A stretch of DNA of 64,000 nt, from positions 14,070 to 78,069 of the forward strand of contig JAVJSW010000059.1 of NCBI GenBank assembly GCA_040219255.1, written 5' to 3'. Below are positions 35,218 through 44,024 of the stretch, one piece after another. The first letter of the stretch is position 1; the number at the start of each line of letters is the position of its first letter. The notes beneath the pieces are model-generated. The model worked only from the letters and a program-made list of their open reading frames with translations. It searched no databases and was not told the DNA's origin. The stretch comes from Sumerlaeia bacterium (lineage in GTDB: Bacteria > Sumerlaeota > Sumerlaeia > SLMS01 > JAHLLQ01). Both the position numbers and the translations under genes were made by a program.

Positions 35218-36216
35218 GTTTTCCCCCACCCGCTCCGGGTACAAACTCGGTTCCGCCTCGCGCGCCAGGTCCACCAGCAGCCTCCGCAGCCGTCCCGGCC
35301 GGGCCGAGGCGCGTTCGATGCGGCGGGCGCCACGGTCTCGCAGGTGCTGCCTCACGCGGGCGATTTCTTTGCGCGAGGCGCTTTTCGTTCCCAGCAGCAG
35401 AGCGCTCCACGGGCGCGCGGCCAGGTCCGTCAGAAGCTCGCCCAGCCGCCGCGCCCGCGCGTCGAAGAGCCGCTCGCCGCCTCGCCCGTCCGCCAGGCTC
35501 CACAGCACCAGCGCCGCGTCCGCCTCCAGCGGCACGGACTCGAAGGCCAGGCAGGCGTCCAGGTCCGCGGCTTCGCGCCGCACCAGGTAGGCGAGCGGCA
35601 CGCCATCGAGCGTCGCCACGTGCTCGGCCATGTCCGTCTCGGACTTATCGAGGTCGTGGAAATCGTAGAGGCGCCAAGGCTGGCCGGCGGTGCGCTGGCG
35701 TTCGCGCTCGACGCCGCGAAAGACGATAAAGGGATCGAAGGTCTCGGCCAGCCCCAGCGCCACCGCGGCGATCTGGCAGCGTGGTGCGCCGAACCGCCGC
35801 ACCGCGTCCCAGAGCGTCCGCTTGAGCCATTCGCGTTCGTCCAGGGTGAAGCGGGCTACATGGAGGCGGGCGCGCTCCTCGCCTCCCTGGCGCATAAGCA
35901 TGTGCGGCCCATGGCTGTCGAAGCCCCAGGCCAGCTCGTCCAGTTCGCGCCATTTCAGGGCGATGTGATCTTCGATGGCGCTGGCCGCGCGGCCCTTGAT
36001 GGCCAGTTCCTGCGGCGTACCCCGCAGCGTCAGGTACGGTGGCCGGTTCGGAAACAGGAGCGTCTCCGCCGCCACCCAGGCCTTCACGGCCAGGTTGCCG
36101 CCGCGCGCGCGGCTGCGGATCAGGACGTGGCCATTGTCGTTGGCCCGCACCTCGAACGCGTCCGGTGGATCCGTCTCGAACAGCCAGCGCGCCTGGGGCG
36201 GCACGGGGCGGCTCAT
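35197..36216 (-). CDS. Hypothetical protein
   Basis: 339-codon ORF coupled to the upstream gene by an ATGA overlap; no motif recognised. Confidence 0.65.
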   Translation of the reverse strand: MSRPVPPQARWLFETDPPDAFEVRANDNGHVLIRSRARGGNLAVKAWVAAETLLFPNRPPYLTLRGTPQELAIKGRAASAIEDHIALKWRELDELAWGFDSHGPHMLMRQGGEERARLHVARFTLDEREWLKRTLWDAVRRFGAPRCQIAAVALGLAETFDPFIVFRGVERERQRTAGQPWRLYDFHDLDKSETDMAEHVATLDGVPLAYLVRREAADLDACLAFESVPLEADAALVLWSLADGRGGERLFDARARRLGELLTDLAARPWSALLLGTKSASRKEIARVRQHLRDRGARRIERASARPGRLRRLLVDLAREAEPSLYPERVGENATDWHG

Positions 36217-37196
36217 GGTTCGCGGTCGGCCGAGGCCAGTGCGTCCTGCAACGCCGCGAACACCAGCGGGATCATTATTTCATGATGGCCCGTCAGGCTG
36301 TAGCCCCGCCCGCCGCCGGTACGCGTGGGGCGGCTGACGACGTTCATGTTCGCGCGATAATGCTGGATCATATCGAAATTGACGGCGGTGAAGTTCTCGA
36401 CCCGGTGGCCGAGATTCCGCGCCACCGTCAGAGCCTTCAGGAAAACCTCGGGCAGCAGCACGGCGCTGCCCAGATTCACCACCACGCCGCCATCGTCCAG
36501 GTCCGCGAGCTGACCGGCCAGGAGCTGGAAATCGCGGAAGGAGGCCTCGCCCATCAGGGCGCCGTCGGCGCTTGGCTGCTGGTGGATAATATCCGTCCCC
36601 ACAGCGATATGCACCGTGGCGGGGGTGCTGGTCTCGGCGCAGGCGGCCAGCAGCGACAGCCCCCGATGGGGCGCGCCGGAGCGGGCGATGGCCTGGCCGA
36701 TGGCGGCCCCCGCGCCCAGGCCGCTGCCCTCCAGACCGGCCCGCATGGCGGCGAAGATTCCCTCCGCCGTCTCCCGCGCCATGCCAAAGGTCCCATCGGC
36801 CAGACCGGCCTCGACGTCTTCGCTCGTGTGGCCGAAGTTCGCGATTTCGAAATCGTGGATGGCCCCCGCGCCGTTCAGGCAAAGCGTCGTGATCCACCCG
36901 CGGCGGATCATCTCGCACAGCAGCGGCGACAACCCGCACTTGATCGGATGCGCCCCCATCATCCACACGACAGCCCGCCGCCGCCGCACGGCCCCGGCCA
37001 AGGCCTCGACCACCGCCCGCAAATCCGCCGCCTTCAGGATATCCGGCAACGTCTCCAGAAACCCCGCCAACCCCACCCCCGGCTCGGGCACGCGGGCCAG
37101 CAGCTCAGGCCGCACCTTGCTCTGGCGCGTCGCGATGTCGATGGTCTTCACACGCGACAGATCGGCGGGCGGTCGGGGCGGGAGGCGGTCGGGCAT
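36213..37196 (-). CDS. Deoxyhypusine-synthase-like (DHS fold) conserved protein
   Basis: GAHPIKCGLSP, NGAGAIHDFE, TSEDV, GTDIIH, NLGSAVLLPEVFLKAL, GHHEIMIP. Confidence 0.75.
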   Translation of the reverse strand: MPDRLPPRPPADLSRVKTIDIATRQSKVRPELLARVPEPGVGLAGFLETLPDILKAADLRAVVEALAGAVRRRRAVVWMMGAHPIKCGLSPLLCEMIRRGWITTLCLNGAGAIHDFEIANFGHTSEDVEAGLADGTFGMARETAEGIFAAMRAGLEGSGLGAGAAIGQAIARSGAPHRGLSLLAACAETSTPATVHIAVGTDIIHQQPSADGALMGEASFRDFQLLAGQLADLDDGGVVVNLGSAVLLPEVFLKALTVARNLGHRVENFTAVNFDMIQHYRANMNVVSRPTRTGGGRGYSLTGHHEIMIPLVFAALQDALASADREP

Positions 37197-37350
37197 GGGC
37201 GGGGGGGTCTTTCTCCAGAGCTGAACCTCTACCGAAAGCCACGGCGCCGCCGGGGGAAAGGCGAAAGCGGAGCGACGGTTTGGGTTGGCTCGATCCGGAC
37301 CAGGCCGTAGAGAAGAAGCCTGAATCCGCCAGCAGAATCAGAGAACACCT

Positions 37351-38847
37351 ATGGACAAGGCCACCAAAGCCCTCTTCGCCGCCGCCGCCTCCGGCAATCT
37401 CGCCGCGCTGCGCGAGGCCATCGACGCCGGGGCGGATTTGGAGGCGACGACGGGCGTGACCGAGGCCACGCCGTTGTTCCGCGCTGTGCAGAAGAACCAA
37501 AGCCTTCCGGCGGAGGCGTTATTGAAGGCCGGTGCCAACCCGAGGCATGAATGCCGTCTTTCGGGTTATTCAATTTCCGTGCTGAACTACGCGCTCTATC
37601 TGCAAAACACCGGCGTGGCCGAGGCATTGCTGAATCACGATGGGGCGTTAGTGAACGAACCCGACGGCTGCGGTTGGCGACCGCTCCATCTGGCGGTCCA
37701 TAAAGATGAGCCGGACCTGATCGCATTGTTGTTGGCAAGTGGTGCGGACCCGGCGCTGGGGCGCGGCGGCATGACATCGAACGGCCCATTCGAATATCTG
37801 AGCTTTACCACGTCGAGCCGATTGGCGGCGGACATGACGCCCCTGATGGGTGCGGTGGGGTGGAAGAAGCTGAAGTCGATGAGAGCGTTGGTTGCGGCGG
37901 GAGTCCGCCTGGATGCGCGGACGCCAGCGGGGAATTCGGCGCTTGTTCTTGGGGAGGGCTACCAGCCCAGGCGGCGCGGGGCGCCCTTGACGAAAACGAG
38001 CTATCAGGTGGTGGCCTATCTGTTGGCGTGGCTCGAGCTATTCCCGCCGACGGCCGATTTGGAAGGTCAGCTAACCTGGCGAAACAATCCAGTGCTGATG
38101 CGGACGACGGAGCCGTTGCTGGCGGCGGCCCGCAAACAATTGGCAAAGGACCTGAAGGGGGACGCCAAGCCATCGAAGAGCAACAAGTCCGACGAGGAAG
38201 CGGCAAAACGGGCTTTGGAAGCGGCCTCAATGGCCGGCGACGTGGCGGGCCTGCGCGCCGCCCGGGCTGAGGGACTGAGCCTCGCCGAACCGCTCAACAA
38301 GAAACTCGAAACGCCCCTGCACCTCGCAGCCCGCGGCGGCCACAGGCTCGCGGTCGAGTATCTGCTTCAGGCGGGCGCCGATCCGCTTGCTGAAAACAAG
38401 TTTCAATTCCGGCCCTTGGCCGAGGCGGTGCGGGCGTGGAAGCGCAACCTGGATACGATCCGACTCCTGGCGCCGTTGACGCCGATGGACGAGCTCCTGA
38501 CCGATGGGTGTACGCCCCTCGTTTATGCGGCCAGCGTAGGGAGTCTGGAGTTGATCGAAATCTTTGTCGAGGCGGGCGCGCCCCTCGATCAGCACGAACT
38601 GCATGGCCAGATCCTCGAATATCCCGTTTTCGCTGTCCTTTGCTCGGGAATGAGCGGCAACCGCATGACGCAAGCGCTGAGGATTCTCTTCGATCGTGGC
38701 GCGCCGCTGGAGTACGAAGACCTCTATATCGGATATAGATTCCGGGAAGCTTGGGAGAAAACGATTCCCAAAATCGCCAAGCACTTTCCTGACGTCGTCA
38801 TCCGCGACCGAGACGACAATGTCTATGTATTCCGCTCCCTCCTCTAA
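37351..38847 (+). CDS. Ankyrin repeat protein
   Basis: Multiple TPL/PLH-x-A...LL-x-x-GA[DN]P repeats. Confidence 0.9.
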   Translation: MDKATKALFAAAASGNLAALREAIDAGADLEATTGVTEATPLFRAVQKNQSLPAEALLKAGANPRHECRLSGYSISVLNYALYLQNTGVAEALLNHDGALVNEPDGCGWRPLHLAVHKDEPDLIALLLASGADPALGRGGMTSNGPFEYLSFTTSSRLAADMTPLMGAVGWKKLKSMRALVAAGVRLDARTPAGNSALVLGEGYQPRRRGAPLTKTSYQVVAYLLAWLELFPPTADLEGQLTWRNNPVLMRTTEPLLAAARKQLAKDLKGDAKPSKSNKSDEEAAKRALEAASMAGDVAGLRAARAEGLSLAEPLNKKLETPLHLAARGGHRLAVEYLLQAGADPLAENKFQFRPLAEAVRAWKRNLDTIRLLAPLTPMDELLTDGCTPLVYAASVGSLELIEIFVEAGAPLDQHELHGQILEYPVFAVLCSGMSGNRMTQALRILFDRGAPLEYEDLYIGYRFREAWEKTIPKIAKHFPDVVIRDRDDNVYVFRSLL

Positions 38848-38855
38848 GGCCACCG

Positions 38856-40442
38856 ATGCGCGACCCTGCCCTTGACAGCCTCCTCGCCCAAGCCGCCCGC
38901 CGGGGCGATGTGGCGGAGATGGAGACTTTGGTCTCGCAAGGCGCCGATCCGCGGGCGGTGGGGGTGCTCTTTGCCGCGGCGCAGGAGGGGCAGGTGCTCA
39001 GCGTGGATTGGCTGATCGAACGCGGGGCGGACCCCTCGGCGCGCGATGGAGAGGGGCGCAACGTCCTGGAAGCCGCGATGCTGCGAAACCGGGCGGCGTT
39101 GGTCAAAGCGCTGCTCGACCGGGGTCTTTTCGCCGAACCGGACGAGCGCGGGTTTCTGCCGATCCACATGGCGGCGCTCTGTGGGAATCAGTCGATTGTG
39201 GAGACGGTGCTGGATTGCGGCGGCGACATCGAAGGACCCGCCGGAAAGGCAGAGGCTAATGGTTTGCAGAAGTGGTTTCTCAGAAGATTCTTTGACGTGC
39301 TGAGCGCTCCCACAGAATTGGAGGATGCCCGCCCACTTCACATTGCGGTTTTGGCCTCAAACTTGAGTGCTGTGAAGGTGCTTCTCAAATTTGGAGCCTC
39401 TGTTCACTCATTAGACGCGCACGGACGAACGCCGCTGCACTATGATGTCGGAGACAGCTTTGAACCTCACAGGCTGATATTTGCATGCGGCGGAAGCATG
39501 CGTGAAATGGACAGTAGCGGCAAGCCCCCAACCTACTTCTTGGAACACCAGGACGAAGTGTGGGTTCGGGGACTGCTCCGCCAGGAGCACGCCTCCCTGA
39601 TCCGAGCACGCGAGAAGGTCCTTTCCGGCGGCCCCAGGCCAAAATTCAAGCCTAAGTCCGCCAGCAAGAAGCTCTCAGCCGAACTCCTGACGCGGATGGA
39701 GCAGGCGGCGATCAGCGGCGACATCGGCGGATTGCGGTCTGCCATCGGCCAGGGCGTTGCCGTGGACCAGCGCCTTCGCAGGGGCAAGACACGGGCGATT
39801 CATCTCGCGGCGGAGTACGGCCACAGCCTCGCCATCGAATACCTGATCCAGGCCGGGGCCGATCCGCTGGCTCTGGACGGCGGAGGCAAGTCGCCGATCC
39901 ACCGCGCGGCGGCTTCGGGCCGGGCCGAAGCGGTTCGTGTGCTCCTGGACCATGGAACGCCACCGGAACACATGGACAGGTCCGAACGCACACCGCTCGT
40001 GGCCGCCGCCGAGCGCGACGGCAACGCCGAGACCATCCGCGTCCTGATCGAGGGCGGCGCGGCCGTGGACCAGGCGATGACCAAGAATTACTACGCGGGC
40101 CAGACGGCGTTGTTCTTTGCCGTGGCGCGGCTCAGAGACGACGTGGTCGAAGCACTCCTGGAATGCGGCGCCAACGCCAACCATCGCGATCATCAAGATC
40201 GAACGCCGCTGCTGTGGATGGCGGAATTGGCGGCCTATCAGGTGGAAATGGGACCAACCTCGCCCAGCCGCCGCGTGGCCGAACTCCTGCTCGAGGCTGG
40301 CTGCGACCCCAACCTCAAAAACCGCCGAGGCTACACCATCCACGACGCGGATTACTCGTTCCTGAATCGCGAATTCGCGACGTTTCTTTCGCAGACCGTC
40401 CGGCAATTCGAGTCGCGCCAGCGCAAGGCGAAGAAATCATAA
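38856..40442 (+). CDS. Ankyrin repeat protein
   Basis: More than ten ankyrin repeats (GRTPLH, GKSPIHRAA, ERTPLVAAA, GQTALFFA); starts 8 nt after the upstream paralogue. Confidence 0.9.
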   Translation: MRDPALDSLLAQAARRGDVAEMETLVSQGADPRAVGVLFAAAQEGQVLSVDWLIERGADPSARDGEGRNVLEAAMLRNRAALVKALLDRGLFAEPDERGFLPIHMAALCGNQSIVETVLDCGGDIEGPAGKAEANGLQKWFLRRFFDVLSAPTELEDARPLHIAVLASNLSAVKVLLKFGASVHSLDAHGRTPLHYDVGDSFEPHRLIFACGGSMREMDSSGKPPTYFLEHQDEVWVRGLLRQEHASLIRAREKVLSGGPRPKFKPKSASKKLSAELLTRMEQAAISGDIGGLRSAIGQGVAVDQRLRRGKTRAIHLAAEYGHSLAIEYLIQAGADPLALDGGGKSPIHRAAASGRAEAVRVLLDHGTPPEHMDRSERTPLVAAAERDGNAETIRVLIEGGAAVDQAMTKNYYAGQTALFFAVARLRDDVVEALLECGANANHRDHQDRTPLLWMAELAAYQVEMGPTSPSRRVAELLLEAGCDPNLKNRRGYTIHDADYSFLNREFATFLSQTVRQFESRQRKAKKS

Positions 40443-40500
40443 GCCTTGTCTTTACAGTCTTTAAACAGTTAGGGATCAAAGGACGGAAGCTTTTTGAAGG

Positions 40501-41187
40501 TCATGGAAATCGCCACGGATCCCCATATCTATCCGTGCCAATCCGTGGCTTTACCTCGCCCACCAACCGCCCCCAATCCGGCTCCCCGCCCAGCACCACC
40601 GTCTTCCACGCATCCTCGGCCCCGTCGGCCTCCAGCAACCGCTCCTCCGTCACCGCCAGGATATCCGCGTCGCCGATGATTTCCTGGGCCCGGCGGCGGA
40701 TGACGCGCGGGTTGGTCTTTGCCTTGGTCGGGTCTTCGGCGAGCACCACCACCAGCCGCCCGGCCTGGAATTGACGGATCAGGTGCGCCGCCTCGAAGCC
40801 GAGCACGACCAGCACATCCGCCCGCTCAAAGCCCGCCTCGCGCACGATGTCTCCGGCGCGGGGGCGGCTGAAAAGTTCATTGCCGTTCCAGGTTCCATTG
40901 CTGTCGAACAGCGGCCACCGCCGCACCGGCAGCCACGTCCAGGGCGTGAAGACAAAGAGGCCCTCGCACGGATAATGACCCGCCGCCGACTCGCTCCGGC
41001 GCGCCGTGCGCCCCGCCCGCCGCGTACCCGCCAGAGCATCCCACGGCGACACCGGCGGCGCCACATAGGCCACGCGTTGGCCCTCAGCAAGAAGAAACCG
41101 CGCGAGGCCACTGGCCCGCGAACCCTCGCCCCCCCAAGGCCCATCCGCCAGAATCCCCCAGCGTTCCAGCTCCCCGGCGCCGATCAT
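40501..41187 (-). CDS. Glycosyltransferase N-terminal-domain-like protein (possibly truncated)
   Basis: LARFLLAEGQRVAYVAPPVSP and ADILAVTEERL resemble the N-terminal half of GumK/TuaH-type GT-B enzymes; the C-terminal nucleotide-sugar domain is missing. Confidence 0.5.
   Translation of the reverse strand: MIGAGELERWGILADGPWGGEGSRASGLARFLLAEGQRVAYVAPPVSPWDALAGTRRAGRTARRSESAAGHYPCEGLFVFTPWTWLPVRRWPLFDSNGTWNGNELFSRPRAGDIVREAGFERADVLVVLGFEAAHLIRQFQAGRLVVVLAEDPTKAKTNPRVIRRRAQEIIGDADILAVTEERLLEADGAEDAWKTVVLGGEPDWGRLVGEVKPRIGTDRYGDPWRFP
40505..40549. repeat. Inverted-repeat element (CACGGAT family), short copy
   Basis: GGAAATCGCCACGGAT...CTATCCGTGCCAATCCGTGGC; the right 21 bp (40529-40549) are identical to 35197-35217. 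Confidence 0.8.
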
Positions 41188-41201
41188 CGCCCCTCACCAC
41201 C

Positions 41202-41229
41202 CACGCAGCACGCAGCACGCAGAACGAAG
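41202..41229. repeat. Heptamer tandem repeat (CACGCAG)x3 plus AACGAAG
   Basis: Read directly; fills most of the 52-nt intergenic gap. Confidence 0.7.
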
Positions 41230-41239
41230 CATGCTTGCA

Positions 41240-42163
41240 TCAAAACGTCTCGATTTCGATATCGATTACGCCCAGGTCCCACTCGCGGTTCTGGTTCACC
41301 ACGACGCCGAATTCCACGCGCCGGATGCGTGAGCGGCGCGGATCGAAGTCGCGCTCCATCAGCGCCTGCGTTTCCAGCGACGCCATGCGGCTGATCGCCA
41401 GCGTCGAGAGAATGAAGACGTCCGCCACCCCCTCGGTCAACTGGTCCGTGAAGGTCCCGCCAGAAGTGGTCGCGGCGTTCAGAAACCCTGACTTCATCTG
41501 TGGATTCGTGCCGGAGACGTAGCGGGTCGTCATGCGGATATCATAGCGTTGCATCACGCTCAGGGCCGCTTCCTCCCCGACGGAGTCCAGGTTCAGCGTC
41601 CGGATCACGCCCTGCGCGGCGCCGTCGCTGGCGAGCTTGAACGCCCGCCCGGCGGTCTCGACCCGAAGCCGGTGGGCCTGCACCTCCAGGGACTCCAGCT
41701 CCTGGCGCATCTGCGATTTTTGCTGCTCCATGCGCGAACTGAGGGCTCGCACCGCCGCGTAGTCGGCCTGTGAACGGGGGCGCCAATCGGCGATGGAGGC
41801 GGGCGAGGGGCGCGACTCTTCCAGCAGCTCCACCATCTCCGAGACCGCTTCGGGCTGAGGTTCCTGGATCGGCCGGTCCGTCGGATCGACCGCCGTGGCG
41901 GCGGTTTCCGCGACGAACTGGGGCGCTGGGGGCTGGAGCGGGGAAGTGTCCAAAACCATGCGCAGACTCGGCGGTTCGGCGCGCGCGGCCTGCTTCGACT
42001 CGATCGTGTGAGTCAGAGAAAAAACCAGCGCCAGCATCCCCGCGCAGGCGGCCAGAATGGTGCCCGCGTGGCGCTCGGCCCAGTGCTCCGGGCGGCTCGG
42101 CGCGAAAATGGCTCCCCAGGTGTGTCCATCCCCAGGGGCCGTCTGGCGATCAGCCCCGTCCAT
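41240..42163 (-). CDS. Single-pass hypothetical protein with Pro-rich linker and coiled coil
   Basis: TM (ILAACAGMLALVFSL), P/E/Q-rich stretch, heptad region and a globular C-terminus; 18 nt downstream of the FecR fusion gene. Confidence 0.7.
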   Translation of the reverse strand: MDGADRQTAPGDGHTWGAIFAPSRPEHWAERHAGTILAACAGMLALVFSLTHTIESKQAARAEPPSLRMVLDTSPLQPPAPQFVAETAATAVDPTDRPIQEPQPEAVSEMVELLEESRPSPASIADWRPRSQADYAAVRALSSRMEQQKSQMRQELESLEVQAHRLRVETAGRAFKLASDGAAQGVIRTLNLDSVGEEAALSVMQRYDIRMTTRYVSGTNPQMKSGFLNAATTSGGTFTDQLTEGVADVFILSTLAISRMASLETQALMERDFDPRRSRIRRVEFGVVVNQNREWDLGVIDIEIETF

Positions 42164-42181
42164 TCGTCTGCACTCGCTCCG

Positions 42182-43831
42182 TTACAGGGTGCCTGGCTGG
42201 CCCGCCGCCCGCTGCTCTTGCGGGATGGCTTCCAACAGGGTCTGCGCGTCGTAATCCGGGTTTTCCTGAATCGACTCGATCTGCTTGAACGCGATGATGC
42301 TTGGCATGTCCAGCGGCTCCTTGCCCCGGTTGTCCTGGGCGTCCTCGCCAAGACTGTAAACCACGCCGTACACGTTGCCCGAGTGGGGGGAGACCTGCGC
42401 CAGGTAACGCAGCGGTCGGTTCCACGCGTCGCGCGGAGGAATTTCGCCGTCCCAATAGGGACCGTTCCAGCCCGGCTTGTCCGCCGAATTCTGGCGCAAC
42501 ACCCCGAAGCCCATCTCCGTCGTCGGCACGTGGCCCGTGTCGGCGGCGTAGCTCTTGAACGCGTTGGCGATCTGGTCGATGAAATCGCGCATGTTGTTGA
42601 TCTGGATTTGGCGGTTCGTCGTCTGCACGATCGCCGTGTATTCCTTTTGCTGCTGCACGTTTTGGCTCACGATGCTTTGGATCGCGGCGCCGCCGGCGCC
42701 ACCGCCGATGCCGCCCAGGCCCGCGATCGTCTCAGCGCCCCAGCGATCCCACTGCTCCCACTCGGCCCGAATCGAAGCGTCCAGGTCCTGCACCGTCCCC
42801 AGCACACCGTCCGGCGCCACGCTGATCATCTTGCCACCGGGCACCCGCTGGCTCGCCTGCGTCTTCAACGACGCCACGTCCACCTGGCCTTCGAGCACAG
42901 CGATGTTGTAACCCAGGGGGCCCTCGTCGCTGACGCGGAACACCGTGCCCACCACACCGGCGGTCACCACTGGGGTGCGAACTTCGAAATCTTTGCCGCT
43001 GTTCACCTCGCTCCAAATCGCACCGGTCATCAATTCGATGGTCACTTTGTCATCGGACACCTCGACCAACTCGACTTCCGTGCGCTCCGGCAGACGCACC
43101 GTGTCCTGGCCGCCTCGGAGAACCATCCGGGCGCGCGCATCCGAATCGGTCTTCACGTTGCTGCCCAGCAGCAGGTTCGTCGCCTCGCGGTCCGCCGGCG
43201 CATAGTCCTCGTCCTCAGTCGCTCGGACCTGCACGACGCCCTCGCCCGCCTTGCCGAACAGCACGCCGTCGATGCCCTGGGGCACCGCCGGAATCACGAT
43301 CTCCTCGATTTCCAGGGCCGGCGCCCCGGTCGCTCCGGGGGCGAAGGGCGAAGCATCGCCCGCGTCCGCCAGCACCGTCGCCGAGAAGGGATTGAAACCG
43401 CCAGCGGCCTCATCGTCCCCGCCAAAGCCGCCGAAGGGCTCGGCCCCACCGGCGTCGCCGCCGCCGCCAAAGAGCGCGCTCACATCGTCGCCGCCATCGC
43501 CCGAGCCCAGCCCGAACGGATTCGTATCCGCGGCGAAGCCAAACGGATCCTCCGGTTGATTCATCGATACCTGCGGGTCTTCCACCTTGGCCGTTTCGCC
43601 ACTGCCGCGGATGATCTGCTTCAAGTTCATCTTGAAGAACCGCAACTCGCCGTAGCGTTCCGTACGCAGCCGAATGACCTCATCGTCTTCGTAGACGATT
43701 TCCCCCTCCACGCGGTTGTCTCTCACCGTCAGCACACCGTCGGCGAAAGCCTGACCGGCGGGGCAGGCGAGCGCCAGCAAAGTGGCCAGGGAAAGAAAAG
43801 GGGAGATCCGGCGGCGGGGTTTGGCGGTCAC
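42182..43831 (-). CDS. Exported protein: N-terminal beta domain, FecR-type domain and GspG-like pseudopilin head
   Basis: Signal peptide ending AFA-D; FecR-like FEVRTPVVTAGVVGTVFRV...IAVLEGQVDV; GspG-like YAADTGHVPTTEMG...WNGPYW...DAWNRP...YSLGEDA. Confidence 0.8.
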   Translation of the reverse strand: MTAKPRRRISPFLSLATLLALACPAGQAFADGVLTVRDNRVEGEIVYEDDEVIRLRTERYGELRFFKMNLKQIIRGSGETAKVEDPQVSMNQPEDPFGFAADTNPFGLGSGDGGDDVSALFGGGGDAGGAEPFGGFGGDDEAAGGFNPFSATVLADAGDASPFAPGATGAPALEIEEIVIPAVPQGIDGVLFGKAGEGVVQVRATEDEDYAPADREATNLLLGSNVKTDSDARARMVLRGGQDTVRLPERTEVELVEVSDDKVTIELMTGAIWSEVNSGKDFEVRTPVVTAGVVGTVFRVSDEGPLGYNIAVLEGQVDVASLKTQASQRVPGGKMISVAPDGVLGTVQDLDASIRAEWEQWDRWGAETIAGLGGIGGGAGGAAIQSIVSQNVQQQKEYTAIVQTTNRQIQINNMRDFIDQIANAFKSYAADTGHVPTTEMGFGVLRQNSADKPGWNGPYWDGEIPPRDAWNRPLRYLAQVSPHSGNVYGVVYSLGEDAQDNRGKEPLDMPSIIAFKQIESIQENPDYDAQTLLEAIPQEQRAAGQPGTL

Positions 43832-44024
43832 GGCGATCAGTCCTTATAAGTCGGTAACAACTCCTCGCGGCCGCGTTCCACGGCCCCAGAGGATTACGGT
43901 GTTTTGATGGGCGATGGTCTTTGCCGTCAAGCGAAGGCAAGACAAAAAGCCTTGCCGTCGCCTCAGGGCAAAGCGTTCCGGAAGCGGCGCGGTCGCCAAT
44001 CTCCGGAACGCCTGTGGCCCGATC

